Source of the DNA: Clostridia bacterium
Lineage (GTDB): Bacteria; Bacillota; Clostridia; Christensenellales; UBA3700
Reading direction: 5' to 3'
Length of the DNA stretch: 64,000 nucleotides
Assembly (NCBI GenBank): GCA_029068165.1
Contig: JAIEDA010000018.1
Location: 3,076 to 67,075 of the forward strand
Shown here: positions 17,669 to 25,751 of the stretch, in pieces
How positions within the stretch are numbered: position 1 is the first letter of the stretch
Layout of the letters: each line of letters begins with the position of its first letter
Notes under the pieces: model-generated
The model's input: the letters and a program-made list of their open reading frames with translations, nothing else
The model's database searches: none
Told to the model about the DNA's origin: nothing
Made by a program: the position numbers and the translations under genes

Positions 17669-19201
17669 ATGAAATACATAATGGCGCACGATATGGGTAC
17701 GAGTTCCGACAAGGCGGTGCTTATAGACTTTGAGGGTAATATAGTAGCATCGAAAGCGGTGGCTTATCCCACGTATTATCCTGCGCCGGCTTTTGTCGAG
17801 CAAGAGCCGAGCGAATATTGGGATGCGGTTTGTCTTGCTTCAAAGACTATCATCGAACAAACGGGTATTGACCCGAGCGACGTCGAAGGCGTGGTATTTT
17901 CCACTCAAGCGATGGGAATCATACCCGTTGACGTCAACGGCAAGGTTTTGCACCCCAACATTACTTGGGTAGACGGAAGAGCGGAAAAGCAAGCGCAAAC
18001 TTTGATGAAGAAAGTAGGCGGCAAGAAGATATTTACGCTCGTGTCGGGCACTCCGATTATGGGCAAAGACGTAGTATCAAAAATTCAGTGGTTGAGAGAG
18101 GAACGTCCTGACGTTTACAACAATACCAAGTACTTCCTTGACGTAAACGGATTTTTGAAATACAAATGTACGGGAGTTATGGTAGCTGAGCGTTCAGGCG
18201 CGTCGAGTTATGGACTTGATCTCAAGAAAAAGACTTGGCTGGGAGCTTTGAAACTTATCGGCATCGATATGTCCAAACTTCCTCCGCTCGTCAACTCCAC
18301 CGATAAGATAGGCAACGGACTTACAAAAGAAGCCGCCGAGAAAATGGGACTTAACGAGGGTACTGCGGTATTCGGAGGTTGCGACGACACGCAAGCCGCG
18401 GCTATCGGCAGCGGTATGAACGGCGACGGTGAGATCCACATCTATTTGGGTACTTCGGCGTGGGTTGCCGCTACAAGCAGGAACAAGACCAAATTCAAGC
18501 ACGGCGCGGCGGCTATACAGTCGGCTGACCCCGAGATGAATTTGATTTGCGGTATAACCGAAGCGGCGGGTAGCAATATCCAATGGGTATGCGACCAATT
18601 CTTCGCAACTGAGCAAAAGGAACTCGGCGAGGGTATTTACGCGTATATGGATAAAGTTATCGAGTCAATTCCCGCAGGTTCCGATCACTTGATATGTACG
18701 CCTTGGATGTTGGGAGAGAGATGTCCCGTATCGTCCACGACTACGAGAGCTACGCTTTGGAACGTAACCCCGAGCCACACAAGAGAGCATATAATGAGAG
18801 CTCTTTACGAAGGTATCGGCTACAACCTAAGATGGATACTCGAGAATTTTAGAAAAGATTACAAATTCCATAGCAGACAGTTTAGAATTATCGGCGGCGG
18901 AGCGTTGGACGACGCTTGGATGCAAATAATCGCCGACATAACGGGAAGCGAGTTTGCAATCGTGCAAAATCCTCGTAACGCAGGCGCGCTCGGCGCGGCT
19001 ATAATAGCGTTGATAGGACTTGGCGAACTTAAGAGCTTTGCCGACGCGAAGAACTTCGTCGTCGAGAGCAAGAAGTATAGACCCAACCCCAAAAACAAGT
19101 ATATTTACGACGAACTCTTTAAGAGCTACAAACAAATATACTACAGCTTAGAAAAGACTTATAGAAAAGCAAATTCCAAGAGATTTGAAGGAGAAGAGTA
19201 A
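17669..19201 (+). CDS. FGGY-family carbohydrate kinase (xylulokinase-like)
   Basis: 510 aa with N-terminal AHDMGTSSDKAVL and GGGALDDAWMQIIADITG (FGGY C-terminal signature). Confidence 0.8.
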   Translation: MKYIMAHDMGTSSDKAVLIDFEGNIVASKAVAYPTYYPAPAFVEQEPSEYWDAVCLASKTIIEQTGIDPSDVEGVVFSTQAMGIIPVDVNGKVLHPNITWVDGRAEKQAQTLMKKVGGKKIFTLVSGTPIMGKDVVSKIQWLREERPDVYNNTKYFLDVNGFLKYKCTGVMVAERSGASSYGLDLKKKTWLGALKLIGIDMSKLPPLVNSTDKIGNGLTKEAAEKMGLNEGTAVFGGCDDTQAAAIGSGMNGDGEIHIYLGTSAWVAATSRNKTKFKHGAAAIQSADPEMNLICGITEAAGSNIQWVCDQFFATEQKELGEGIYAYMDKVIESIPAGSDHLICTPWMLGERCPVSSTTTRATLWNVTPSHTREHIMRALYEGIGYNLRWILENFRKDYKFHSRQFRIIGGGALDDAWMQIIADITGSEFAIVQNPRNAGALGAAIIALIGLGELKSFADAKNFVVESKKYRPNPKNKYIYDELFKSYKQIYYSLEKTYRKANSKRFEGEE

Positions 19202-19869
19202 TGAATAAGACCGTCCAAACAATTTTAGAGTACGCTCAAAGACTCGTAGACGAAAACGTGGTCAGCGAAAGCGATATGATAAGTATGAGATCGGAACTCA
19301 ACTTTATGTATATCACTAAAGCCGGCGCAAAACTTCGCGAGCTCACTGAAGACGACGTTATAAAGCTCAATATATTCAAGGTTGATAACGAATATAAGTA
19401 TCACGCCGAAATATATAAGGAAAGAGAAGATATCAACGCTATATGTCAATGCTACCCCAAATGGGTAATGCCTATTGCAAAAGCGGGCGTAACCATTCCC
19501 GCAGTACTTGACGATATGGCGCAAATCGTAGGACCGACTTGCAAGACGTCGGCGGACGATATAAAGTCTATAATCAAGACTTTGAAGGGAAGAAATTCCT
19601 GTCTAGTAAAGGACAAGGGCTGCATTACTTCGGGTCGTACGCTCGACGAGGCTTATACTTGCGTACTCGTACTGGATAAGGCGAGCCACTGTTTCGTTGC
19701 AAGCAGCGTTATCGGCGAGAATAAGATAATCAACGGCTTTGAAGCAAGACTTATGAGATTTATTTATAAGACCAAATACAGCAAGAAAAATCAAGAAAAC
19801 CTCTCCGCTAAGGAAGAGGGCGAAAAAGTAAGCGAAGAACTTCCTGCCAAGGAAGAAGGCGAGGTGTAA
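19201..19869 (+). CDS. class-II aldolase/adducin-fold protein lacking the canonical catalytic residues
   Basis: Length and overall pattern parallel the next gene. However GN is replaced by SESDMIS, TPTG by ITKAG, HxH by CQCYP and NHG by KDKG. The start overlaps the kinase stop (TAATG). Confidence 0.6.
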   Translation: MNKTVQTILEYAQRLVDENVVSESDMISMRSELNFMYITKAGAKLRELTEDDVIKLNIFKVDNEYKYHAEIYKEREDINAICQCYPKWVMPIAKAGVTIPAVLDDMAQIVGPTCKTSADDIKSIIKTLKGRNSCLVKDKGCITSGRTLDEAYTCVLVLDKASHCFVASSVIGENKIINGFEARLMRFIYKTKYSKKNQENLSAKEEGEKVSEELPAKEEGEV

Positions 19870-19870
19870 A

Positions 19871-20545
19871 ATGGCTTGGGATAAAGAAACCGAACTCAAA
19901 CTTAGACAGGTAATCAAGGATAGCGGCGTTGCGCTTCTCAACGAAAACCTCGTGCAAGGCACTTGGGGCAACACGGCTGTAAGACTGGACGAGGACCATA
20001 TGTTGGTTACGCCGACGGGTCTTGACTATATCGCGCTTACTCCTGAGGATATGCCAGTAGTACAAATCAGCGATCCGTCGATTTGGAGCGACGGTAAGAA
20101 ACCGACCAGCGAGAGAAAGATTCACGCCGCAATAATGCAAGCTAGACCTGAAATCAACGCTACGATACACTCGCACCCGATTTTTTGTTCGATACTCGCT
20201 TCGGCTAGAATCGAGTTGCCGGTTATGAACGACGAAATGCAAAAACTCGTTGGCGGACCTTGCAGGGTCGGCGCTTACGGTTTGCCGGGCACCAAGAAAC
20301 TCAAAGAGGGCACCGTCGCGGCTATGCAGGGACGTAACGCTTGCTTTATGGCAAACCACGGCGTATTTTGCGCGGGCAAGGATATGGACGAAGCGTTTGA
20401 AATCATTAGAATTATGGAAAAGAGCTGTTATCAGTATATACAAGAGTGTACGCTCAAGGCTACGGGTCAGTCTACTTACAGCGACGAGCTTCTCTTTGAC
20501 TATTTTGTAGCTCAAAAGACAGCTCCGAAAGGCAAAAAGAAGTAA
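19871..20545 (+). CDS. class-II aldolase (fuculose-phosphate-aldolase family), canonical
   Basis: GTWGNTAV, VTPTG, TSERKIH, IHSHP and MANHG: all phosphate-binding and Zn/acid-base motifs are present. Confidence 0.8.
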   Translation: MAWDKETELKLRQVIKDSGVALLNENLVQGTWGNTAVRLDEDHMLVTPTGLDYIALTPEDMPVVQISDPSIWSDGKKPTSERKIHAAIMQARPEINATIHSHPIFCSILASARIELPVMNDEMQKLVGGPCRVGAYGLPGTKKLKEGTVAAMQGRNACFMANHGVFCAGKDMDEAFEIIRIMEKSCYQYIQECTLKATGQSTYSDELLFDYFVAQKTAPKGKKK

Positions 20546-20955
20546 TGAACGATTTTCCGATACTTAGCGATACTTTAAGTACAAAACAAGCGCGAGAGTT
20601 AAATCCTCTCGTGCTTGCCTATATCGGGGACGGAGCGCATACGCTTTACGTCCGCACGAAAGAGGTTAGAAATTCCACCGCCAAGGCGGACAAACTGCAC
20701 GTTCGCGTAACCTCTCAAGTAAAAGCCTCGGCGCAAGCGAAGCATTTGGAAGCTATCCGTCCGCTTTTCAACGAAGAAGAAGAGGGGATTTTTTTACGGG
20801 CGAGAAATTCGCACCAACACTCCACGGCTAAAAACGCAAGCTTAGCCGACTATAAGAGCGCGACGGGCTTTGAAGCTGTGTTGGGATTTCTTTATTTGAC
20901 AGGTCAAACCGAGCGATTAACTTTTCTACTCAATTACGTGACCGACTGCGTATAA
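20545..20955 (+). CDS. mrnC: Mini-ribonuclease 3
   Basis: 136 aa with LAYIGDGAHTLYVR and SATGFEAVLGFLYL. Confidence 0.85.
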   Translation: MNDFPILSDTLSTKQARELNPLVLAYIGDGAHTLYVRTKEVRNSTAKADKLHVRVTSQVKASAQAKHLEAIRPLFNEEEEGIFLRARNSHQHSTAKNASLADYKSATGFEAVLGFLYLTGQTERLTFLLNYVTDCV

Positions 20956-20974
20956 CGGTTCGTTTTCAGCCTGC

Positions 20975-21000
20975 TTAATCGAGCGAAGTTGAAATATCTC
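20975..21000 (+). repeat. copy (3' half) of the dispersed intergenic repeat
   Basis: TTAATCGAGCGAAGTTGAAATATCTC, followed by TTGAGCGATAAATTTCGC. Confidence 0.6.
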
Positions 21001-21093
21001 TTGAGCGATAAATTTCGCAGTCGGTTGACAAATCATATATTATCAATTAAACTATTAATTACTACGCGCTAACAAATTAATACGGAGGACATT

Positions 21094-21852
21094 ATGCCAC
21101 AGGTCAAACCGAGCGTTACGCTCCTTGAATATACGCCCAACCCCGAGAGGACGGTTGCGCTTGCGGCGAAGCTATGCTACAGCGACGCCACGATCGAGAA
21201 TTTGCAGGAGGGACTTGATAAGAGCGATATTACGAAGTTTATCGAAAGACTTCGCTCGTTTGGTCACGCTTCGCCGTTTGAACACGCTAGTTTTACCTTT
21301 GGAATCGAGGGCGTTTCGAGAAGTTTGCTCGCGCAAATTACTAGACATAGAATAGCTTCGTTCAGCGTTAAGTCGCAGCGTTACGTTGCCGCTAACAAGA
21401 AAGACGATACTTTTAATTACGTTATACCCGAGGCTATCGAGGCTTTGGGCGAAGAGGCGATAGAGAAATTCAAATCGCAAATGGCGCAAATGCACGAATG
21501 GTATACCGATTGGCAAACGCAGCTTGGCGGCGCGTGCGAGAAGTCCAACGAGGACGCTAGGTTTGTGCTTCCCAACGCGGCGGAAACGAAAATGGTCGTC
21601 ACGATGAACGCGCGCTCGCTTATGAACTTCTTCCACTTAAGATGCTGCAACAGGGCGCAATGGGAAATCAGGGAAGTTGCTTGGCAAATGCTCGAGTTGG
21701 TACTCAAAGTCGCGCCGAGTATCTTCGGCAACTGCGGAGCTTCGTGCGTATCGGGTCCTTGTACCGAGGGCAAGATGTCTTGCGGCAAGGTAGCCGAAGT
21801 CAGGGCAAAACAAAAAGCTCTCGTAGAAAAGACGACAAAAGATGCAAAGTGA
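21094..21852 (+). CDS. thyX: FAD-dependent thymidylate synthase
   Basis: ThyX signature TRHRIASFSVKSQRY. SD GGAGGA. Confidence 0.95.
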   Translation: MPQVKPSVTLLEYTPNPERTVALAAKLCYSDATIENLQEGLDKSDITKFIERLRSFGHASPFEHASFTFGIEGVSRSLLAQITRHRIASFSVKSQRYVAANKKDDTFNYVIPEAIEALGEEAIEKFKSQMAQMHEWYTDWQTQLGGACEKSNEDARFVLPNAAETKMVVTMNARSLMNFFHLRCCNRAQWEIREVAWQMLELVLKVAPSIFGNCGASCVSGPCTEGKMSCGKVAEVRAKQKALVEKTTKDAK

Positions 21853-22399
21853 AATTGATTTGATAAAAGCTTTTCGCGGCGGCGATAAGCGGGCGGTTGA
21901 ATACCTTATGGAAAGCTACAAGGGCGTAGTCAACAAAATCGCCAGAGTAATGTACGTCAAAGGCGGCGACCGCGACGACGTGGTGCAGGAAGGTATGATC
22001 GCTCTCTATAATGCGATAGTTACTTACGACATAGCCAGTAAAGTGAGTTTTTCCACGTACGCAACCGAATGTATAAAAAATAGGATATTGGACTGTATGC
22101 GCAGCGGCAACAGGCTTAAGAACAAGGCGCTGTCCGAAAGCTTGCCTATTACGTCGCTCGACGATATAAATATCACGGGGCTTTCCCCCGAAGAAATAGC
22201 GATAAGCGCCGAGGAAGTAGACGCGTTGAGAAGCGTTATTGACGAGAAACTCACCAAAGACGAAATTAAAATACTCGACTTGTACTACGAGGGAATGTCG
22301 TACGCGGAAATCGCCCAAACTTTGGACAAAAATACTAAGTATGTCGACAACGCGTTGCAAAGGATACGCCGAAAAATAAGACTCAACGTCAGGATGTAA
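21842..22399 (+). CDS. sigH: sigma-70 family sigma factor, SigH-like
   Basis: GDKRAVEYLMESYKGVV...DRDDVVQEGMIALYNAI...SFSTYATECIKNRI and a C-terminal HTH (MSYAEIAQTL). mrnC/rlmB neighbourhood as in Bacillus sigH. It overlaps thyX by 11 nt. Confidence 0.75.
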   Translation: MQSEIDLIKAFRGGDKRAVEYLMESYKGVVNKIARVMYVKGGDRDDVVQEGMIALYNAIVTYDIASKVSFSTYATECIKNRILDCMRSGNRLKNKALSESLPITSLDDINITGLSPEEIAISAEEVDALRSVIDEKLTKDEIKILDLYYEGMSYAEIAQTLDKNTKYVDNALQRIRRKIRLNVRM

Positions 22400-22403
22400 A
22401 ATC

Positions 22404-22429
22404 GAGAGAAGTGTTTGCTTCTCTCTTTT
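22404..22429 (+). terminator. intrinsic terminator after sigH
   Basis: GAGAGAAG-tgtttg-CTTCTCTC followed by TTTT. Confidence 0.75.
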
Positions 22430-22535
22430 CATAGTCGAAATTCTCTTAATAAAAATCAAGCGATTAAATTAGCTTGAAATGAAGAATTAATTTATTAAAA
22501 ATACCTTTGAAGTTAAAGTAAAATACAGCTGTAAA

Positions 22536-23252
22536 TCAATTCCGTTGACGGGTGACTTCATAGCAAATTATTCCGCACGCAACCGAAGCGTTGAGCGAAT
22601 TGACTTTGCCGTATTGCGGTATGGAAATAACTCCGTTGCAAAGCTTGGAAGTAAGAGCTTTCACGCCGCTGCCTTCGTTGCCTATCACGACGGCTATATC
22701 TTCGTCTAGACGGCACTCTTTGGCAGGCGTTCCTTGCATATCGGCGGCGTAGATATTGACAAATTCGTCTTTGAGTTGGCGGAGAGTATCGTTGATGTTT
22801 CCCACCATTGCGACTTTGATATGATTAGCCGCGCCTGCGGAAGTACGCAAGACAGTCGCGTTTATATTTGCGCTTCTTCGCGAGGGAATAACCACGCCGT
22901 GCGCGCCCATACATTCGCCTACTCGCAAAATACTGCCGAGGTTGTGCGGATCCTCAATACCGTCGAGAATAAGCATAAAGAGTTTTTCCCCCTTTGATTT
23001 AGCGAAGTTGAGTATATCCTCAACGGTTGAATACTCAAAATCTTGCGCTATAGCGATTACGCCTTGGCAGCGTTTGCTTTCGCTTATTTTATCGAGGAAG
23101 TTTTTATCTACGAAGTCGATACGTATATTCTTTTTCCGCGCAACATCGATTATCGGCTGCAAATCGCGCGCAGCCTTAGACACGTAGAGTTTGGAAATTT
23201 TCTTATCCGAGTCAAGAGCTTCCTTGACGGGGTTCTTACCTTCAATATTCAT
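22536..23252 (-). CDS. rlmB: TrmH-family 23S rRNA 2'-O-methyltransferase (RlmB-like)
   Basis: 238 aa with an N-terminal EGKNPVKEAL and a SPOUT C-terminus (VIGNEGSGV...IPQYGKVNSLNASVA). Confidence 0.8.
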   Translation of the reverse strand: MNIEGKNPVKEALDSDKKISKLYVSKAARDLQPIIDVARKKNIRIDFVDKNFLDKISESKRCQGVIAIAQDFEYSTVEDILNFAKSKGEKLFMLILDGIEDPHNLGSILRVGECMGAHGVVIPSRRSANINATVLRTSAGAANHIKVAMVGNINDTLRQLKDEFVNIYAADMQGTPAKECRLDEDIAVVIGNEGSGVKALTSKLCNGVISIPQYGKVNSLNASVACGIICYEVTRQRN

Positions 23253-23256
23253 AGTA

Positions 23257-24606
23257 TCAGTTTTTATTGCTATGCAGCGGAGCGGGGATGCGACCGCCTC
23301 TAGATATGAATTTTGCGGGGCTGTACTTATTGATATTCATAATCGGCGCGCGACCGAGCAGTCCGCCGAACTCGGCGTATTCGCCCGCTTTTTTGCCGTA
23401 TACAGGAATTACTCTCACCGCGGTAGTCTTGGTATTGACGACGCCTATGGCAATCTCGTCGGCGATTATGCCGGAAATCACTTCCGCCGTCGTATCTCCG
23501 GGGATAGCTATCATATCTAAGCCTACCGAACATACTGCGGTCATAGCCTCGAGTTTTTCTAGATTGAGCGCGCCTATCTCGGTCGCTTTGATCATACCCG
23601 CGTCCTCGGATACGGGAATAAACGCGCCGGACAGTCCGCCTACGCTCGAGCAAGCCATTATACCGCCTTTCTTGACGGCGTCGTTGAGCATAGCCAAGCA
23701 GGCGGTAGTGCCGCAAGCGCCCACGCTCTCCAAGCCGATTTCTTCAAGTATGTGCGCAACCGAATCGCCTACCACGGGAGTGGGGGCGAGAGAGAGGTCT
23801 ACAATACCGAAACTAGCGTTTAGTCTTTTGCTCGCTTCTTTTGCTACGAGTTGACCTACGCGGGTGATTTTGAAAGCGGTTTGCTTTATACATTCGGCAA
23901 CTTCGTTCAAATCTCCGTCTACGCTTTCCAAAGCCGTCTTAACTACGCCCGGACCCGATACTCCCACGTTGACGACGGTATCGTCCTCGCCGCAGCCTAA
24001 AAACGCTCCCGCCATAAAGGGGTTGTCCTCAACGGCGTTGGCAAATACGACGAGTTTGGCGCAAGCCAAAGAGTCTTTGTCTTTAGTGCGATACGCGCAG
24101 TCTTTTACGATTTTACCCATAAGAGCGACCGCGTCCATATTTATTCCCGCTTTGGAAGTGGCTACGTTTATCGAAGAGCAAATCTTGTTGGTCGTCGAAA
24201 GAGCCTCGGGGATGGAAAGTATAAACTCCTTTTCATACGGCGTCATAGCCTTATGTACGAGAGCGGAGTAGCCTCCTAAAAAGTCAATGCCGGTTTCGTC
24301 GGCAATCTTGTCCAAAGTGCGGATAATTTCCAAGTGTCCCTTGCTTGCCGCGGAAATGAGGCTGATAGGGGTTACGGAAATACGTTTGTTTACGATAGGC
24401 ACGCCTATCTCGTCGGAAATGTCGTTGCCAATCTTTACGAGGTTGGCGGCTTTTGACATTATTTTGTCGTAGATTTTTTCGCAAGTACGCTTTTTGCTGT
24501 CGGTGATACAGTCGAAGAGCGAAATACCGAGCGTGATAGTCCTCACGTCAAGGTGTTGCTGCGAAATCATATTAATAGTTTCTATTATCTCGTTGCTCGA
24601 ATACAT
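23257..24606 (-). CDS. UPF0210 (PFL-like, DUF711) protein
   Basis: The [14 protein letters not shown]...[13 protein letters not shown]-terminus is typical. ATG 24606 has GAAGGGG upstream and sits 1 nt after the ACT-gene stop. The listed start 24651 would overlap that gene. Confidence 0.85.
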   Translation of the reverse strand: MYSSNEIIETINMISQQHLDVRTITLGISLFDCITDSKKRTCEKIYDKIMSKAANLVKIGNDISDEIGVPIVNKRISVTPISLISAASKGHLEIIRTLDKIADETGIDFLGGYSALVHKAMTPYEKEFILSIPEALSTTNKICSSINVATSKAGINMDAVALMGKIVKDCAYRTKDKDSLACAKLVVFANAVEDNPFMAGAFLGCGEDDTVVNVGVSGPGVVKTALESVDGDLNEVAECIKQTAFKITRVGQLVAKEASKRLNASFGIVDLSLAPTPVVGDSVAHILEEIGLESVGACGTTACLAMLNDAVKKGGIMACSSVGGLSGAFIPVSEDAGMIKATEIGALNLEKLEAMTAVCSVGLDMIAIPGDTTAEVISGIIADEIAIGVVNTKTTAVRVIPVYGKKAGEYAEFGGLLGRAPIMNINKYSPAKFISRGGRIPAPLHSNKN

Positions 24607-24607
24607 T

Positions 24608-24898
24608 TTACAGCCCCTTCTTCGTCGTATCAAGTCTATGCATACTGTCAAAAATGCTTTGCAACTGAATATGTATTTCCAGTCCCAAGTTTTTAGCGAG
24701 AGCGTTGAGGTTGTCCTTTATCGCTTCGAATTTGAGGTTGCTATCGCCGGCGTCGACCGCCATAATCATAGTGAAATAGTCTTGCATAATCGTTTGCGAG
24801 ATATTTTCTATATTGATATTCATTTCATAAAGAGCGGTAGATACCTTGGCAATTATGCCTTTTTTATCTTTACCAACCACGGATACTATTGCTTTCAT
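24608..24898 (-). CDS. ACT-domain protein (UPF0237), usual partner of UPF0210
   Basis: [36 protein letters not shown]. It is paired with the downstream UPF0210 gene. Confidence 0.85.
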   Translation of the reverse strand: MKAIVSVVGKDKKGIIAKVSTALYEMNINIENISQTIMQDYFTMIMAVDAGDSNLKFEAIKDNLNALAKNLGLEIHIQLQSIFDSMHRLDTTKKGL

Positions 24899-24928
24899 AT
24901 TTACTCCTTTGCAAAACTTCTTTAGCAG

Positions 24929-25540
24929 TTAGCCGTTGCTTATTACTTTAATTACTTTTCCCATAACGGTGTCTTGGGGGATAGCGCCGTAAATATGCGA
25001 ATCGTTGGACCAGCCTTTGGGAATACTGCGGTTGTCGCCAAGCACGAAGATATGCCCCTCTTCGACGGTAATTCCGTCCGCCGTCAACTCGGGCAGTATC
25101 GACGTGAAATAATCGTTGTTGTATTCGCCTTTGAAGTAGCTTTCCTCGACTTCTTCGCCGTTACGTATCCACTTCATAGTCGAGGTGTCGAAAGATATGA
25201 CGTCGCCGCCTTTTGCCACAACGCGTTTTACTATGACTTCCTCGCCCTCTTCGTTTTCTTTATCTTTGCGGAACACGACTATGTCGCCGTAATCAAGCGA
25301 ATATCCCCATTTTAGAAGTACTAGCTTGTCGCCCTCTATCAAGTTGGGCATCATACTTTCGCCCTTTACGCCAATCAGGGTCAGGGTAGTGGTAAAAAGT
25401 ATAATAGCGATAATAAGCAAGACGATAACTACGCTTAGAACGATGTTAACTATCTTCAAAGCTTTCGACCTTCTAGCTTGGCTTTGGCTATCGCTTTCGC
25501 TTGCGCCGTATTCTTGAATATTGAGAACGTGTTTACGCAT
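24929..25540 (-). CDS. lepB: signal peptidase I
   Basis: N-terminal TM segment, GESMMPNL (Ser box), VKRVVA (Lys box) and GDNRS...S..SH.YG. Confidence 0.9.
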   Translation of the reverse strand: MRKHVLNIQEYGASESDSQSQARRSKALKIVNIVLSVVIVLLIIAIILFTTTLTLIGVKGESMMPNLIEGDKLVLLKWGYSLDYGDIVVFRKDKENEEGEEVIVKRVVAKGGDVISFDTSTMKWIRNGEEVEESYFKGEYNNDYFTSILPELTADGITVEEGHIFVLGDNRSIPKGWSNDSHIYGAIPQDTVMGKVIKVISNG

Positions 25541-25556
25541 AAAACTCCGTTTTGAT

Positions 25557-25748
25557 CTATTCGGTGATTTTCGATTTAATAGATTTTTTCAAGCTCTCGC
25601 TCGGCAATATCACCGTATGAGCGCACTTTTGACATTGCAGTTTGAAGTCCGCTCCCGTCCGCAAAATCAACCATCTATCGTTGCCGCACGGATGTTTTTT
25701 CTTGGTGATTACGGTATCGCCTTCTTTAAGTTCGCTCAACTTCAACAT
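25557..25748 (-). CDS. DUF951-family small protein
   Basis: 63 aa: GDTVITKKKHPCGNDRWLILRTGADFKLQCQKCAHTVILP. Confidence 0.8.
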   Translation of the reverse strand: MLKLSELKEGDTVITKKKHPCGNDRWLILRTGADFKLQCQKCAHTVILPSESLKKSIKSKITE

Positions 25749-25751
25749 AAA

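Noticed and set aside
17177-17803. 208-aa minus-strand ORF spanning the aminotransferase/kinase junction
   Set aside because: It is antisense to the ends of two well-supported genes and crosses a strong hairpin. There is no SD and the sequence is low-complexity.
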